Source: Mobula hypostoma
Lineage: Eukaryota
Reading direction: 5' to 3'
Assembly: GCF_963921235.1 (NCBI RefSeq)
Contig: NC_086097.1
Span: forward strand, 125,304,001-125,368,000
Length of the DNA stretch: 64,000 bases
The notes below the pieces were generated by a model. The model worked only from the letters and a program-made list of their open reading frames with translations. It was not told the DNA's origin and made no database searches. Below, piece after piece: positions 49,713-62,330 of this stretch (position 1 is its first letter; each line of letters starts with the position of its first letter). The translations under genes and the position numbers were made by a program.

Positions 49713-49985
49713 CATCCTCCTTCGCTCTAAAGAAAAAGGCCCTAGCTCACTCAACCTATCTTCATAAGACATGCTCTCTAATTCAGGCAGAATCCTCTGT
49801 GCCCTCTCTAAAGTTCCCATATCCTCCTTATAATGAAGCAGCCGTTCTGTGCAAGACACGATGATCTGTAATGCAGACTTGATCGGCCAAATGGCCTAAT
49901 TCTGCTCCTATATCTTATGGTCTTATAAATAGAAATAAATGTTCCCTTTTTGGCTTGAGATTCTAACTAAGTTTCTTCTGCACAG

Positions 49986-50074
49986 TGTCCTTGTGAAAAG
50001 GATGCTCCGATCACTAGAAGATGAATACCCCCCAACAGCCACCAAACAGATTAAAGAGGAAGTGCATAAAAAAG
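49986..50074 (+). CDS. grhl2: grhl2 exon VLVKRMLRSLEDEYPPTATKQIKEEVHKK
   Basis: TTCTAAC branch-like motif at 49961, CTGCACAG acceptor, AAG/GTAATT donor, 89 nt, frame-compatible. Confidence 0.9.
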
Positions 50075-50534
50075 GTAATTTCGTAATCTCCTGCAGTATC
50101 CTCTTTGATATTTAACCAGTGTTGTGTGGATCTTGTGTTAGATGCTCCTTCTGTCATTGGCAGAGATGTCTCTGTAAGAAAAGTACAATTTTGTAGCACC
50201 CTGAACTGCATATTTATATATATTTATTTATAGTATATTTTACATATTACACAGTACCGCTGCTGCAAAACATCAAATTTAATGATATGTATCAGTGATA
50301 ATAAGCCTGAATATGTTTCTGAACTGTACCTGGAATTAAGTTGGTAAAATGCAATGGATCCTTCTACAGAGACAATCTACATCAATTGAATTCAAACTAA
50401 CTTATACTGAGTTTTATTCATGACTACTTGAGAAACAGAAACTTTTTATTGAACTTTTGTGGGGTTTTCCCATCATTCACAGCAACCCTTGAATACCAGT
50501 AACCCAGCTGACATCACCAGTTGGCAAAGGCCTT

Positions 50535-53400
50535 GGAACATGGAAGAATACAGCACAGGAACAGGCCCTTCCTCTCACAGTGTTGTGCCAAACCAGCTAA
50601 AAAGCAAATCAAAAACCCCCAAACACTAATCCCTCCTCAGATGACCATCCACCAAACATCTTTTAAAAGCCACTAATGTATTTGCCTCTACACCATACCA
50701 GGCATCCACCACTCTCTGAGTGAAAAAACTTACTCCTCATATCCTCTTTGAACCTACCCCCTCTCACCTTCAATGCATACCCTCAGATATTAGATATTTC
50801 AACCCTGGGAAACAGATATTCTCTGTCTACTCGATCTATGCCTGTCATAATCTTATAAACCTCTATCAGATCTCCCCTTAGCCTCTGCCACTACAGAGAA
50901 AACAAACCCAAGTTTATCCAGCCTCTCATGATAGTTCATGCTACATGCTCTCTAAACCAGGCAGCATCCTGGTAAATCTCTTCTGCGTGCTCTTCAAAGC
51001 CTCAACATCCTTCCTATAGTGGGGCGACCAGAACTCTACCCAATACTCCAGATGTGGCCTAACCAGAGTTTTATAAAGTTGCAACAGAACCTCTTGACTT
51101 TTGAACTCAATGCCTCGACTCATAAAAGCAAGCATTCCATAAGCTTCTTAACCACCTTATCGACCTGTGTAGTCACTATCAAGGAGCTATGAACTGGGAC
51201 CTAAAGATCTCTCTACTCAGCAACATTGTTAAGGATCTTGCCCTTAACAGTGCACTGTCTCCTTGCATTTGCCCTACCAAAGTGCTACACCTCACGTTTA
51301 TCTGGGCTAAACTCCATCTGCCATTTCTCTGCCCATATCTGCAATTGATCTATATCGCGCTGTATTCTTTGCCAGTCTGCCACACTATCCACGACTACAT
51401 CAATCGTGGTATCATTCACAAACTCACTAACCCACCCATCTACATTTTCATCTAGGTCATTCATAGACATCACAAACAGCAGAGGTCCCAGCACAGGTTC
51501 TTTTGCAACACCACTAATTACAGACCTCCAGCTCAAATAAGCCCCTTCAACCATTACTCTCTGTCTTCACAAACAAAAGAAAATCTGCAGATGCTGGAAA
51601 TCCAAGAAACACACACAAACTGCTAGAGGAGTTCAGCAGGCCAGTCAGCATCTATGGAAAAGAGTAAGCAGCTGACGTTTCGTACTGAGACCCATCATCA
51701 GGACTGGAGAAAAATGATGAGGAGTCAGAGTAAGAAAGTGGAGGAAGGGGAGGAAGAAATTCAAGGCAGTAGGTGATAGGTATAATCAACCAACAACCAT
51801 CTAGAGACTTTCGCATAGTCTTGGTGAGTGTCCACGTCTTACATCCATACGTGAGAATGGACTCTATGACTGCTATGAAAATCCTCTTTTTAAGCCCTCT
51901 GGTCAGGTTCGACTTCCAGATTTCCTTCATGTCGTTCATAGCCCTCCATGCCAGCGCCTTCTGTATCTTTATGTCCTTCTCCAAACTCATCATTCTTGAC
52001 CCAAGGTACATGTAGTCAAAGACTTTCTTAATGGTATCATTCTTTACGTCTTGAGAGTACCATCGTCGCAGTTAAATGCCATGTACTCTGTCTTTTTAGC
52101 GTTTAGGTGAAGTCCAACTTTATTGCACTCAATTTCCACTTTTGTCAGTAGCTGCTGTGCTTCCTCCATCTGGTCAGAAAGTCTCTAGATGGTTGCTATA
52201 CACGAATGCTCCGGATGGCTCTTGACATGAGTTGGCAACAGCACATGACAAACGTCGAGCACTATAACAACCTACCAATGCTCACCACTAAAATCGAGGC
52301 GAGAAGACTGCAACTAGCGGGGCACTGTCTACGCCACCCTGAGCTGCCTGCCAGCCTAGTCATCATATGGGAGCCCAAGCAAAGGAGGATGAACCCTCCC
52401 AAGACTACGGTCAACATGCTCCTAGAAGACAGCGGCGTGGTTAATGTAGATGAACTGAACACACTGATGAGGGAGAGGGAGAAATGGAGAGTCCGTCATC
52501 GTGCCCGACGCCAGCTCCCTAGGCCTGACTCAACATAGTAGTAGTTGTAGTAGGTGATAGGTGAAACCGAGAGGAGGAGGGGTGCAGTAAAGAGCTGGGT
52601 AGTCAACTGGTGAAAGATAAAGGGCTGGAGAAGGGGAATCTGTTAGGAGAGGACAGAAGGCCATGGAAGAAAGGGAAGGGGGAGGAGCACCAGAGGGAAG
52701 TGATGGTCAGGTAAGAAGATAAGGTGAGAGAGGAAAACTGAAATGGGGAATGGTGAAGGGGAGGGGCATTACTGGAAGTTCGAGAAATTGATGTTCATGT
52801 CATCAGGTCGGAGGCCACCCAAATGGTCCTGATGAAGGATCTCGGCCCAAAACATCAACGTTTGCTCTTTCCCATAGGTGCTGCCTGGACTGCTGAGCTC
52901 CCCCAGCATTTTGTCTGTGTTACCCTCTGTCTTCTATGCGCAAGCCAGTTCCAAATCCAAACGGCCAATTAGCTGCGAACCCCATGCATCTTAATCTTCT
53001 GGATTAACCTCCCATGAGGGACTTTGTCAAACGCCTTCCTAAAATCCATGTAGACAACTTCCACTGCCCGGCCTTCATCAATCTCTCTCGTCACCTTATC
53101 AAAAAAAACTCAATCAAGTTGGTAAGGCACAACCTGCCCCATACAAAGCTATGCTGCCTCTCTTTAATTAGGCCATGGGTTTCCAAATGTTCATATATCC
53201 TACCCCTAAGAATTTTCTCCAGCAATTTCCCTGGACTCACTGGTCTATAATTCCCAGAAGTTTCCCTTGTTCCCTTTTTAAATAGAGGTACAACTCACTC
53301 ATCCTCCAGGACCTCGCCTGTGCCTAGAGGGGACGTGAAGATACTGGTCAAGGCTACAGGAATCTCTTCTGTTGCCTCCTTCAATAACCTGAGTATTGGC
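50535..53400 (-). mobile_element. CR1 LINE hosting a Penelope-derived element and an RTE insertion
   Basis: RPHLEYWVEFWSPHY and SGV…VLGPLLF motifs, collinear across the insert. Confidence 0.9.
51782..52548 (+). mobile_element. RTE-clade LINE 3' fragment with inverted 5' part and 14 bp TSD
   Basis: AGTAGGTGATAGGT at 51768-51781 and 52549-52562; (TAG)n tail; YLGS…IESILTYGCKTWTL on the minus strand continues as SLDGCYTRMLRMAL…LAGHCLRH on the plus strand. Confidence 0.88.
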
Positions 53401-55410
53401 TCAATTTTGGGTGGGTCTCTCAGAGTTTGAACTCGCTGGTAAATTCTGCCATACCAAATACAGATTCTGTTCATTTTCAGCTGATGTCTTCCAGAATGAT
53501 CTCTACTCAAATTTGTCAAAACTCGATTAAGTGGTGTATTTACGCTATAATCAAGAGTGTTTTAAAAGAGAGAGACTACAGACGTGTTCATAAAATGAGT
53601 CATTTCAAACACTTACTCAACAATGCAGTTATCAAACGGTAATTTGTTTTAGTAAATGCATCCGTTTTCTATTCAGGCTTTTACAAAGTATTATGGAGAG
53701 TAGTAGGGATAATTTTTTATTATTTTGGAAATTTAACACTTTGGAGGGGAAGTAACATAACTATTCAGGAAGATATGAGGGGAAAAAATCAGTTCTATAA
53801 TGACACATGCTTGGAGTTTGAATTCACTTCAATGTTTTCATTTTAGTTAGAGATACAACATGGTTACATGTTGTCCAATAACACCTATGTGACCAATTAA
53901 CCCAGTAACCTGCACATATTTGGGCTGTGGGAGGAAACCAGAGCCCCAGGAGGAAACGCATGCGGGGAGATTGTACAGAATCCTGACAGATAGTGGCAGG
54001 AATTGAACCTGGGCCGCTGGCATTGATAAACTTTATGCTGCGCTACCTTCCCCCACCTTTATTCGGAAAGGGAGAACCTCCCCTTCATCAGTGAGTTGAT
54101 GTAGTCTGTAACATCCCATTAATGAAGCTGTTCAGAAATTCTTTATTGTAAGGAGATGGCCAGAGGGATTTTCATTGAAATATAATACACAGAATTTGTG
54201 CCTTTTGGATAAGTCTGCCAGTCAGCATGGAGCACTCTTCTGATTTTGGTACTGAGCTCCAATGCTGCAACATGAGAATTGGTGGTAAATGACTTTTACC
54301 AGTTTGGTTCGGTACCAATTGCTGCAGATGTATGGCATATCTTGGACAGTGGCATTGCAGCTAGCGTAATGCTACTACAGCACCAGCGACCCAGGTTCAG
54401 TTCTGGATCTGCCTGTGAGGAGTGACTGCATTCTCCCCGTGACTGCATGGGTTTCCTCCGCATTGCTCCAGCTTCCCCCCACATTCCAATGACGTACCTG
54501 TTAGTAGACTAACTGGTCCGATGGGTGTATTTGGGTGGTGTGGGCCCGTTTGGCCCGGGTGGGGGGGGGGTGGTTACTGTGCTGAATCTCTGAATAATGT
54601 TTTTAAATCTTCAAATCACCTATCTCACATACCATGCTCAAAAGACCATTGAGATAATAGCAGCTAATTATTGATGCAGGATCCTTTTAGAATTATGTCT
54701 TATGAAGACAATTTTGAGAATTAAGCTTCATTCCAAGCTGTAAGTAATTGGTGGGTGTGCTTGCAGTCTCTTGTCTTTTTTAAACTTGATACTAAATTCA
54801 AAATGTTTAATCATGAAACTTGGGCTCCAATACGCCAGTGAGAATTAATCAAGCTGAAAGAACACTGTCTTCTTCAGGAAACAATTAAAAAAACCTTGAA
54901 TAGGAAGATCATTTTCATTTGGAAAGTTGATTATAAACAAGCTTGTATATATTATCCTGGATTCCCGCATCTGCAGGATTTCCTGAGTTTATAAAGTAAC
55001 TAAGCCCATATTAATTTTGTTTTGAAATGCCGTGCTTTGTTCCCTCTAGTGGTTTGACAGGTCCTGACTAAATTGAGGTTAAGCTGTCATTGAAATAATA
55101 TTTTACAAATTTAGGAGCTTTGTTTTATTTGCCAGCAGAATAGATTTGTAGTTACAGCAGCTGTTTAAACCAGTTTTTGCTTCAGCATTAAATGATGAGT
55201 ACACACCTGGGAACTGTTGATAGGTAGGTGCCTTACCTAGCTGGCCTCCCCTGTGGGAGCATGATATCATAACATTACCACTGTTATTAATCAAAACAGT
55301 GATGGAATCAAAACCCAGCAGCGGTTGTGTGATGTGTGTTTTTTTTTCCACTGTGACATTGCGGTAAATCTATAAATATATTCTCATTGTTGAAATGTTT
55401 GTTCCTCTAG

Positions 55411-55496
55411 TCCTGCTGTACGTACGGAAGGAGTCTGATGAAGTGTTTGATGCATTAATGTTGAAGTCTCCAACCATCAAAGGGCTGATGGATGCA
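55411..55496 (+). CDS. grhl2: grhl2 exon (V)[28 protein letters not shown] (dimerisation domain)
   Basis: CCTCTAG acceptor, GTGAGT donor, 86 nt. Contains the VLLYVR.E...FDAL.L..PT motif. Confidence 0.97.
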
Positions 55497-56442
55497 GTGA
55501 GTGTGACGATACTGTATTGTAATCTTGAAGCTTTAGAGGTACCCAAGTTCTAAGCACAGGGTGGTAAGCCAAGCAACAAGTAGTCTTCTGCCAGCATGAA
55601 TTACACCATCCTCACTAGGAGAATCAACATGAAAGAAAATATTTATGTGACTCCCTCCAGTGGTGGGAGGGATTATAATCAGACTTTACTGGTCTGAGGT
55701 CACTCCATGTCCACCTGACCATATGCTTTCATTTGAGCAGTGTTTCAGTGACAAAGGCTGTGAACAATACTTAAATTAACCACTCATAAAGTGAGGAGAA
55801 AAAGACACAAGGTGGCACTGTAGTCACCAAGTAGCTGGACTCTGAAAACTCATACTTGTTCCTGAATCACACTCACGTGCTTGTTTCCAACTATCGCCAG
55901 CCATAGCCCCTCCTCACGCCTTCCTGGTGTGACCCTTCCTGGATGTTGGGCAGGAAGGAGTTCAGGAACTTTCAATCTAAGTGAGCCTCGGCTGCCAAGG
56001 AAACATTTGGCTGTAGTGTCTACTTGGGGTTCAAGCATTTCTTTCCCGTCTTTCTATTACCACTGCCTACCACCCACTTCCCTCCACACCCCGTATTTAA
56101 AACTAACCCCAGTGTATGTATAAAACTCCTGTTAGAAGGCTGCAGTCCACATATCCATCCATCTGCTCCTGAACTGACAAAGGGTCTGAACAAGTGAATG
56201 GAGGTGAAAGATGGCTATATGTTAAACATTGTCCAATGGAATAACTGCACATGAGTTTCCATTTTAATTCTATTCAGTCCTTGGCATTTCTCAATCTCAA
56301 CTCTGATCAAGATCCACAGTAAATCAAAAATGCAAATATAAATGTGAGTTAGGGAAGCATATCAGTGCAGAGGAATTTCTATTCTTTGTTCTTTTCAAAG
56401 TGCTATCTTGGAGCCCTTTAACTTATGAACTCAAAGAACTGA

Positions 56443-57113
56443 TCAAGTCAAGTCAAGTCACTTTTTATTGTCATTTCGACCATAACTGCTGGTACAGTAC
56501 ACAGTAAAAACGAGACAACGTTTTTCAGGACCATGGTGCTACATGAAACAATACAAAAACTACACTGAACTATGTAAAAACAACACAAAACTACACTAGA
56601 CTACAGACCTACCCAGGACTGCATAAAGTGCACAAAACAGTGCAGGCATTACAATAAATAATAAACAAGACAATAGGCACAGTAGAGGGTAGTAGGTTGG
56701 TGTTAGTCCAGGCTCTGGGTATTGAAGAGTCTGATGACTTGGGGGAAGAAATTGTTACATAGTCTGGTCGTGACAGCCCAAATGCTTCGGTGTCTTTTGC
56801 CAGATGGCAGGAGGGAGAAGAGTTTGTATGAGGGGTGCGTGGGGTCCTTCACAATGCTGTTTGCTTTGCGGATGCAGCGTGTGGTGTAAATGTCTGTAAT
56901 GGTGGGAAGAGAGACCCCGATGATCTTCTCAGCTGACCTCACTATCCGCTGCAGGGTCTTGCGATCCGAGATGGTGCAATTTCTGAACCAGGCAGTGATG
57001 CAGCTGCTCAGGATGCTCTCGATACAACCTCTGTAGAATGTGGTGAGGATGGGGGGTGGGAGATGGACTTTTCTCAGCCTTCACAGAAAGTAGAGACGCT
57101 GCTGGGCTTTCTT
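56443..57113 (-). mobile_element. young Rex1/Babar LINE 3' fragment with (CTTGA)n tail
   Basis: [43 protein letters not shown] motif; TCAAG repeats at the left end. Confidence 0.88.
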
Positions 57114-57158
57114 CAAGAATGCAAATTCTACCTTTTTTTTCTCTCTTTATGCCAACAG

Positions 57159-57223
57159 TTATCTGACAAGTATGGCTTTCCAGCAGAAAAAATTGGAAAA
57201 ATTTACAAGAAAAGCAAAAAAGG
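57159..57223 (+). CDS. grhl2: grhl2 exon [21 protein letters not shown](G)
   Basis: Long pyrimidine tract with CAACAG acceptor, GG/GTAAGG donor, 65 nt. Confidence 0.96.
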
Positions 57224-57908
57224 GTAAGGAACAAGTTGGCAAACTGGAGGGATCTTGCAGGTTTTTGGTGAATTACAACTTTTTAGATTCGGGCATTTTC
57301 TTAACTCATCACCTTGCTGGTCCACCACAATAATTTACTGGTTTGAGGAACTGGTATTTTTCAACTGGAAACCAGGATGAAGGTTCCTTGTGTGCATTGT
57401 CAGTCTGTGTTAAAACAGTGTTGGGAAAGAATGATCTACTGCGACAGAAACTACAAAAATTTGGTGCCAACATCTCCAGCCCTCTCATCCTGCTCAACAT
57501 TGTGGAACATTGTGTTCAGTTTTGGTTGTCTCATTAAAGAAAGGATGTGGAAGCTTTAGCAAGGACGCAGAGGAGATTTACAAGGATGCTGCCTGGATAG
57601 CTGAGCATGCATTATGAGAATAGGTTGACTCAGCTAAGGCTTGTCTCTTTGGAAAGAAGGACGATGAGAAGAGACTTGGATAGAGGTGTACAAGATGATG
57701 TGAGGCGTGGATTGAGTAGATAGCTAGAGACTCCTGCTCAGGGAGGAAATGGCTAATATGAGAGAGCATAATTTTAAGGCGATTGGAGGAAAGTATAGGG
57801 GAGATGTGAGAGGTAGGTTTTTTACACCAGGAGTGGTGGGTGCGTGAAATGAGCTGCCAGCGGTGGTGGTAGAGGCAGATGCATTAGAAGCATTTAAGAA
57901 CCCCTTAT

Positions 57909-58503
57909 ATAGACAATAGACAATAGGTGCAAGAGTAGGCCATTCGGCCCTTCGAGCCAGCACCGCCATTCACTGTGATCATGGTTGATCATTCACAATC
58001 AGTGTCCATTTCCTGCCTTATCCCCATAACCTTTGATTCCGCTATCTTTAAGAGCTCTATCCATCTCTTTCTTGAAAGCATCCAGAGACTTGGCCTCCAC
58101 AGCCTTCTGGGGCAGAGCATTCCATATATTCACCACTCTCTGGGTGAAAAAGTTTTTCCTCAACTCCATTCTAGATGGCCTACCCCTTATTCTTAAACTG
58201 TGGCCTCTGGTTCTGGACTCACCCATCAGCGGGAACATGCTTCCTGCCTCCAGCGTGTCCAATCCCTTAATAATCTTATATGTTTCAATAAGATCCCCTC
58301 TCAGCTTTCTAAATTCCAGAGTATACAAGCCCAGTCGCTCCAATCTTTTGACATATGACAGTCCCGCCATCCCAGGAATTAACCTTGTGGACCTACGCTG
58401 CACTCCCTCAATAGCAAGAATGTCCTTCCTCAAATTTGGAGACCAAAACTGCACACAGTACTCCAGGTGTGGTCTCACCAGGGCCCTGTACAGCTGCAGA
58501 AGC
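57909..58503 (-). mobile_element. young CR1 3' fragment (same subfamily as 34326-35889) nested in an older + strand CR1 (~57500-58640)
   Basis: ORF 57999-58517 is nearly identical to ORFs at 35072-35799 and has the same (CTATTGT)n tail. Confidence 0.93.
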
Positions 58504-58774
58504 CGCTGTATAGGCAAATGGATGATAGAAAAATGGAGGAGTATGTTAGAGGGGAAGGGTTAGATTGATCTTAGAATAGATTGAAAGGTCAGTACCACAT
58601 CATGGGCCAAAGGGTTTGTATTGCACAATAATGTTCTATGTTGTATTAACCATGATTAGTTGACACCTATATTAGGAACATTGCAATGGAATTTAGTTAA
58701 AACATGAGTGTGGCAACAAAATTGTGTACTGTCCCTCAGGCGAAGGTGCAGCAAAAATATTGAAAGGTCTAGAT

Positions 58775-58854
58775 CAGGAATTCCCATCCTGTCGTCCAGG
58801 GACACCTTGTTTAATGGTATTGGTCCCTGGCACACAAAAGGTTGGGAAGTCCTG
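58775..58854. mobile_element. hAT (Charlie-like) micro-MITE nested in a CR1 3' fragment
   Basis: Perfect 8 bp TSD GTCTAGAT (58767-58774 and 58855-58862); TIR CAGGAATTCCCA / TGGGAAGTCCTG. Confidence 0.85.
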
Positions 58855-59525
58855 GTCTAGATAGAGTGAGTCTAGGATCAGAAGGCATAGCCTCAGAATA
58901 CAAGGTCGGCCCTTTAGAGCAGAGATGAGGAGGAAATTCTTTAGCTTAGAGGGTGCTGAATATGTGAAATTCATTGCCACAGACGGCTTGGAGGCCAAGT
59001 CGTTGGGTATATTTGAAATGGAGTATGATAGATTCTTGGGGTGTCAAAGGTTACTGGGGTGGAGAGGTATAGTTAATCAGCTATGATCAAATGGTGGGGC
59101 ATGCTCAATGAGTCAAGTGACCTCATTCTACTTCTATATCCTAAAGTCTAATATTCTTTAAACAAAATGGGAAATACCATGGGCATAATTTTAAGGTAAT
59201 TGGAGGAAAGAGTTCGGGGGTTGTCGGAGGCAGGTTTTGTACACAGAGTGGTGGGGGTGTGGAACTCCTTGGCACGGGTGGTGGTAGAGACAGATACACT
59301 AGAGGCATTTAAGGAACTCTTAAATGAGCACATGGGTGATAAAGTAGAGGGTCATGTGGGAGGGAAGGGGTAGACTGATCTCAGAGTCATTTAAAAGCTC
59401 AGCATAACATCATTGGCTGAAGGCCCTGTACTGTGCTGTATTTTCTATGTTTTGTTCTGGAAGGCTGTAACTGATCATGAGGTAAGAATATTCTAAGGAT
59501 AACCCCTTTTCCTTTGTTAAACTAG

Positions 59526-59640
59526 AATTTTGGTAAACATGGATGACAACATCATAGAACACTACTCCAACGAAGATACCTTCATTCTCAATATCGAAAG
59601 TCTGGGTGAGAGCTTCAAGATCACTCTGACTGAAATTTAA
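59526..59640 (+). CDS. grhl2: grhl2 last coding exon [37 protein letters not shown]
   Basis: ACTAG acceptor, conserved [21 protein letters not shown]-terminus, TAA at 59638-59640. Confidence 0.97.
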
Positions 59641-60700
59641 CAAGGACTTCGAATGATATGTACTTCACAGGGTTGGATCGGAGTTTGGCCAGTGTGCTGG
59701 CATCAGCCTGACTGCTGAATAACTGTTAATGACAATCGAAAAAGGGCTTCGCTCTCATAAAGTGAACAAACTGTGTACAGTTAACAGAATCAATGAAGCT
59801 GAACTGCCGTGTCTCTTTACTCCATAATTTTCCAATATTACATCTTTAGATACTGTTGCATTAATCATTCCAGCAACTACAGAATAAACACTATGATGAT
59901 GGACAAGATTTTAGCTAAAGGCGATTGAATTGGTATGGGCATTGGATGCAGTCATGCCCGGTAACCCCTTATTTTCAGCTCCATGGCACTTGCCATCAGT
60001 TTTGTCCTGTGATTATCTGTTCCAATCACACACACGTTTTTCCGTAGTGGATGCATTCATCGATACCTCAGAGAACAAGCTTGTGAATGAGAAAGTAAAT
60101 GTCACTCCAGTCGCTTCTTCATTTGGAAAGCAATGTGTTTTGTTAATTATGAGAGCTTCTACATCATCTGATTGCTTGTTAGTCAAATACATATGCAATT
60201 AAGATTGATAGACCTAATGCTCAACAGGTTATACAGACTATCTGTGTCTGTCTATGTAGCAAGGGAACCAATATCGCCCTTAGTAGAATTTGACACTAAT
60301 TGAAATAGAGAATAGCGTATATAATTGTAAAAACAATGTCTATAATGTGCAATATTAAATTTTACGTAAGGCATGTTTACTGCCATTATGCTTTCTTTGG
60401 GTTGAGGGTTTTTGCGGTAGTGTGTATTTTTATTTTTTAATATAAAACCTGTCTCCTTTTGTCTATATATTAAGTTAGAAAGGCATCTCGAGATTTTACA
60501 AAGTGACTGTATAAACTGCAATCCAGGCTATTTAAACGACTCGAGAAACTTGAACGTTTTTACACATTGAGTAAAACTGTATACAAGGTAATATTTTTGG
60601 AAATGGGAGTTGGGATCTCTTCAGACTTTGAAAAGACAGTCGTATTTTATTTTTTGTACAATTTTTTAAGAGCGAAATAAACATCAGCGAAAGTGGACTT
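59641..60700 (+). other. grhl2: probable grhl2 3' UTR
   Basis: About 1 kb of AT-rich sequence with no recognisable repeat after the stop codon, ending near AATAAA at 60676. Confidence 0.7.
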
Positions 60701-60717
60701 CTGTTGTACTTTTTAAG
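60676..60717 (+). terminator. probable main polyadenylation signal (AATAAA plus downstream GU/U-rich element)
   Basis: AATAAA at 60676-60681, upstream TGTA motifs, downstream CTGTTGTACTTTTT. A second AATAAA lies at 59883-59888. Confidence 0.65.
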
Positions 60718-62112
60718 GATGTAGTACCAGGCCTGACCTGCCCTCCTGTTCCACACCACGTCAAGCTGGAATTCAGGTGCTGGCTGTTAGTGGGCGGCGT
60801 GGTAGCACCAGCTGTAACCCACACAGTGAAATGCATCATTTTGTGTTAACAACCAACACAACCAAAGGTGTGCCGGAGGCAGCCCACAAGTGTCGCGACA
60901 CTTTCCAGCGCCAGCACATAACAGCATGCCCACAATTGATAAATGGATTGTGACTGGTAAAAACTGACAGGGTATGGAAATACACAGACGTCTCCTCTTT
61001 CCTTTCCAGCCCTGAAGAAGGGTCTTGGCCTGAAATGCCGACTTTCCATAGATGCTACCTGACCTGCTGAGTACCTCCACCATTTTGTGTGTGGTTGCTC
61101 TAGATTTCCGCATCTGCAGAATCTCTGTGTATATAGGCCCTGAGATTCTTTTTTTTTGTGGGCATTCTCAGTGGAACAAAGAAATATAATAGAGCCAATG
61201 AAAAATTACACACAAACTAAGATTGACAAAAACCAACCTGCAAAAGAAAACGAACTGTGCAAATACAAAAAACTATAAGATTCATGATTGTTCAATGTCA
61301 ATTCCAGTACACAAGTGTAAAGGTGAATGAAATAATTGTTACTCTAGATCTGATGCAGCACAAAAAAACACACGAAGAAAAGGAATAAAATATTATAAAA
61401 TATATTATCTTCAGAATCTGCAGATTTGTTTATACACTTTGATTGTATGTACATAAGGTGATGCTAGGCACAGGAATGTCTGTACATAAGGTGACTCACA
61501 GGAAATGATAAAGTAGCAGTGGTGGGTTCGTGGGTGGAGATGACGATCAGCCCTACTGCTTGGCGAAAGTAACTTTTTGAGCATGATGGTCCTGGCATCG
61601 GTGCTGTGTAGCCTCCTCCCTCATTGGAGTGGGACAACCAGCCTGTGAGCAGGGTGGGTGGAATATCATTGGCCTTTTTCTAGGTCCTTTCAGTATATAT
61701 ATCCTTGATATTATAATAGAAATAATGAATAAATAATAAATGGATAATACCGAGAACATGAGTTCAAAGTTCAAAGTAGATTTATTATCAAAGTACATTT
61801 TCTGTCCAGAAAGAACTGCAGTCTACAAATCAGTGAATTTGAACGAATCAAGGACAGTGGAACCAGACAAACCAATTGTCTTTGTTCTTCCCATGATTTT
61901 GGAGGACTGGAGGCTGCCATTTTGTGAAGCTGTTTTGCATACTCCATTTTATGAACAGGTTTTGCTTGACTGAATCAGTGTTTTAAAGTAGAGGCAATGA
62001 TGCTCCAGAAAATCTGCTGGACTAGAGATAATTTCCAAACTAGAAGCTTTTGGTATGATAGAACTCACAGATTTGTGAATGATGGGGTCTGTGTCTGCCC
62101 TGAATTGAGTTG

Positions 62113-62330
62113 AGCTGGTTACTGGTTTGGTCACTGATTTAGAGCAAGGAGCCATAAATTACCGGTTGTGACTTGTGGAAAAGGGCAATAGATGGATGCT
62201 GGCTTGGACTAGAGCCAATAAGAGGGTGATATAGATCACTCAGATGACCCACAGCCAATGAGACAATGTGGAATTTGAACTGGTAAGAGAAGAATATAAA
62301 AGCGGAGGCTTCGAATGCAAAGCAGCAACA
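62113..62330 (+). promoter_or_regulatory. candidate Pol II core promoter (two CCAAT boxes, TATA box, upstream GRHL-like motifs)
   Basis: AGCCAAT at 62213-62219, CAGCCAATGAG at 62252-62262, TATAAAAG at 62295-62302, ACTGGTTT at 62121, TACCGGTT at 62160. Confidence 0.45.
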
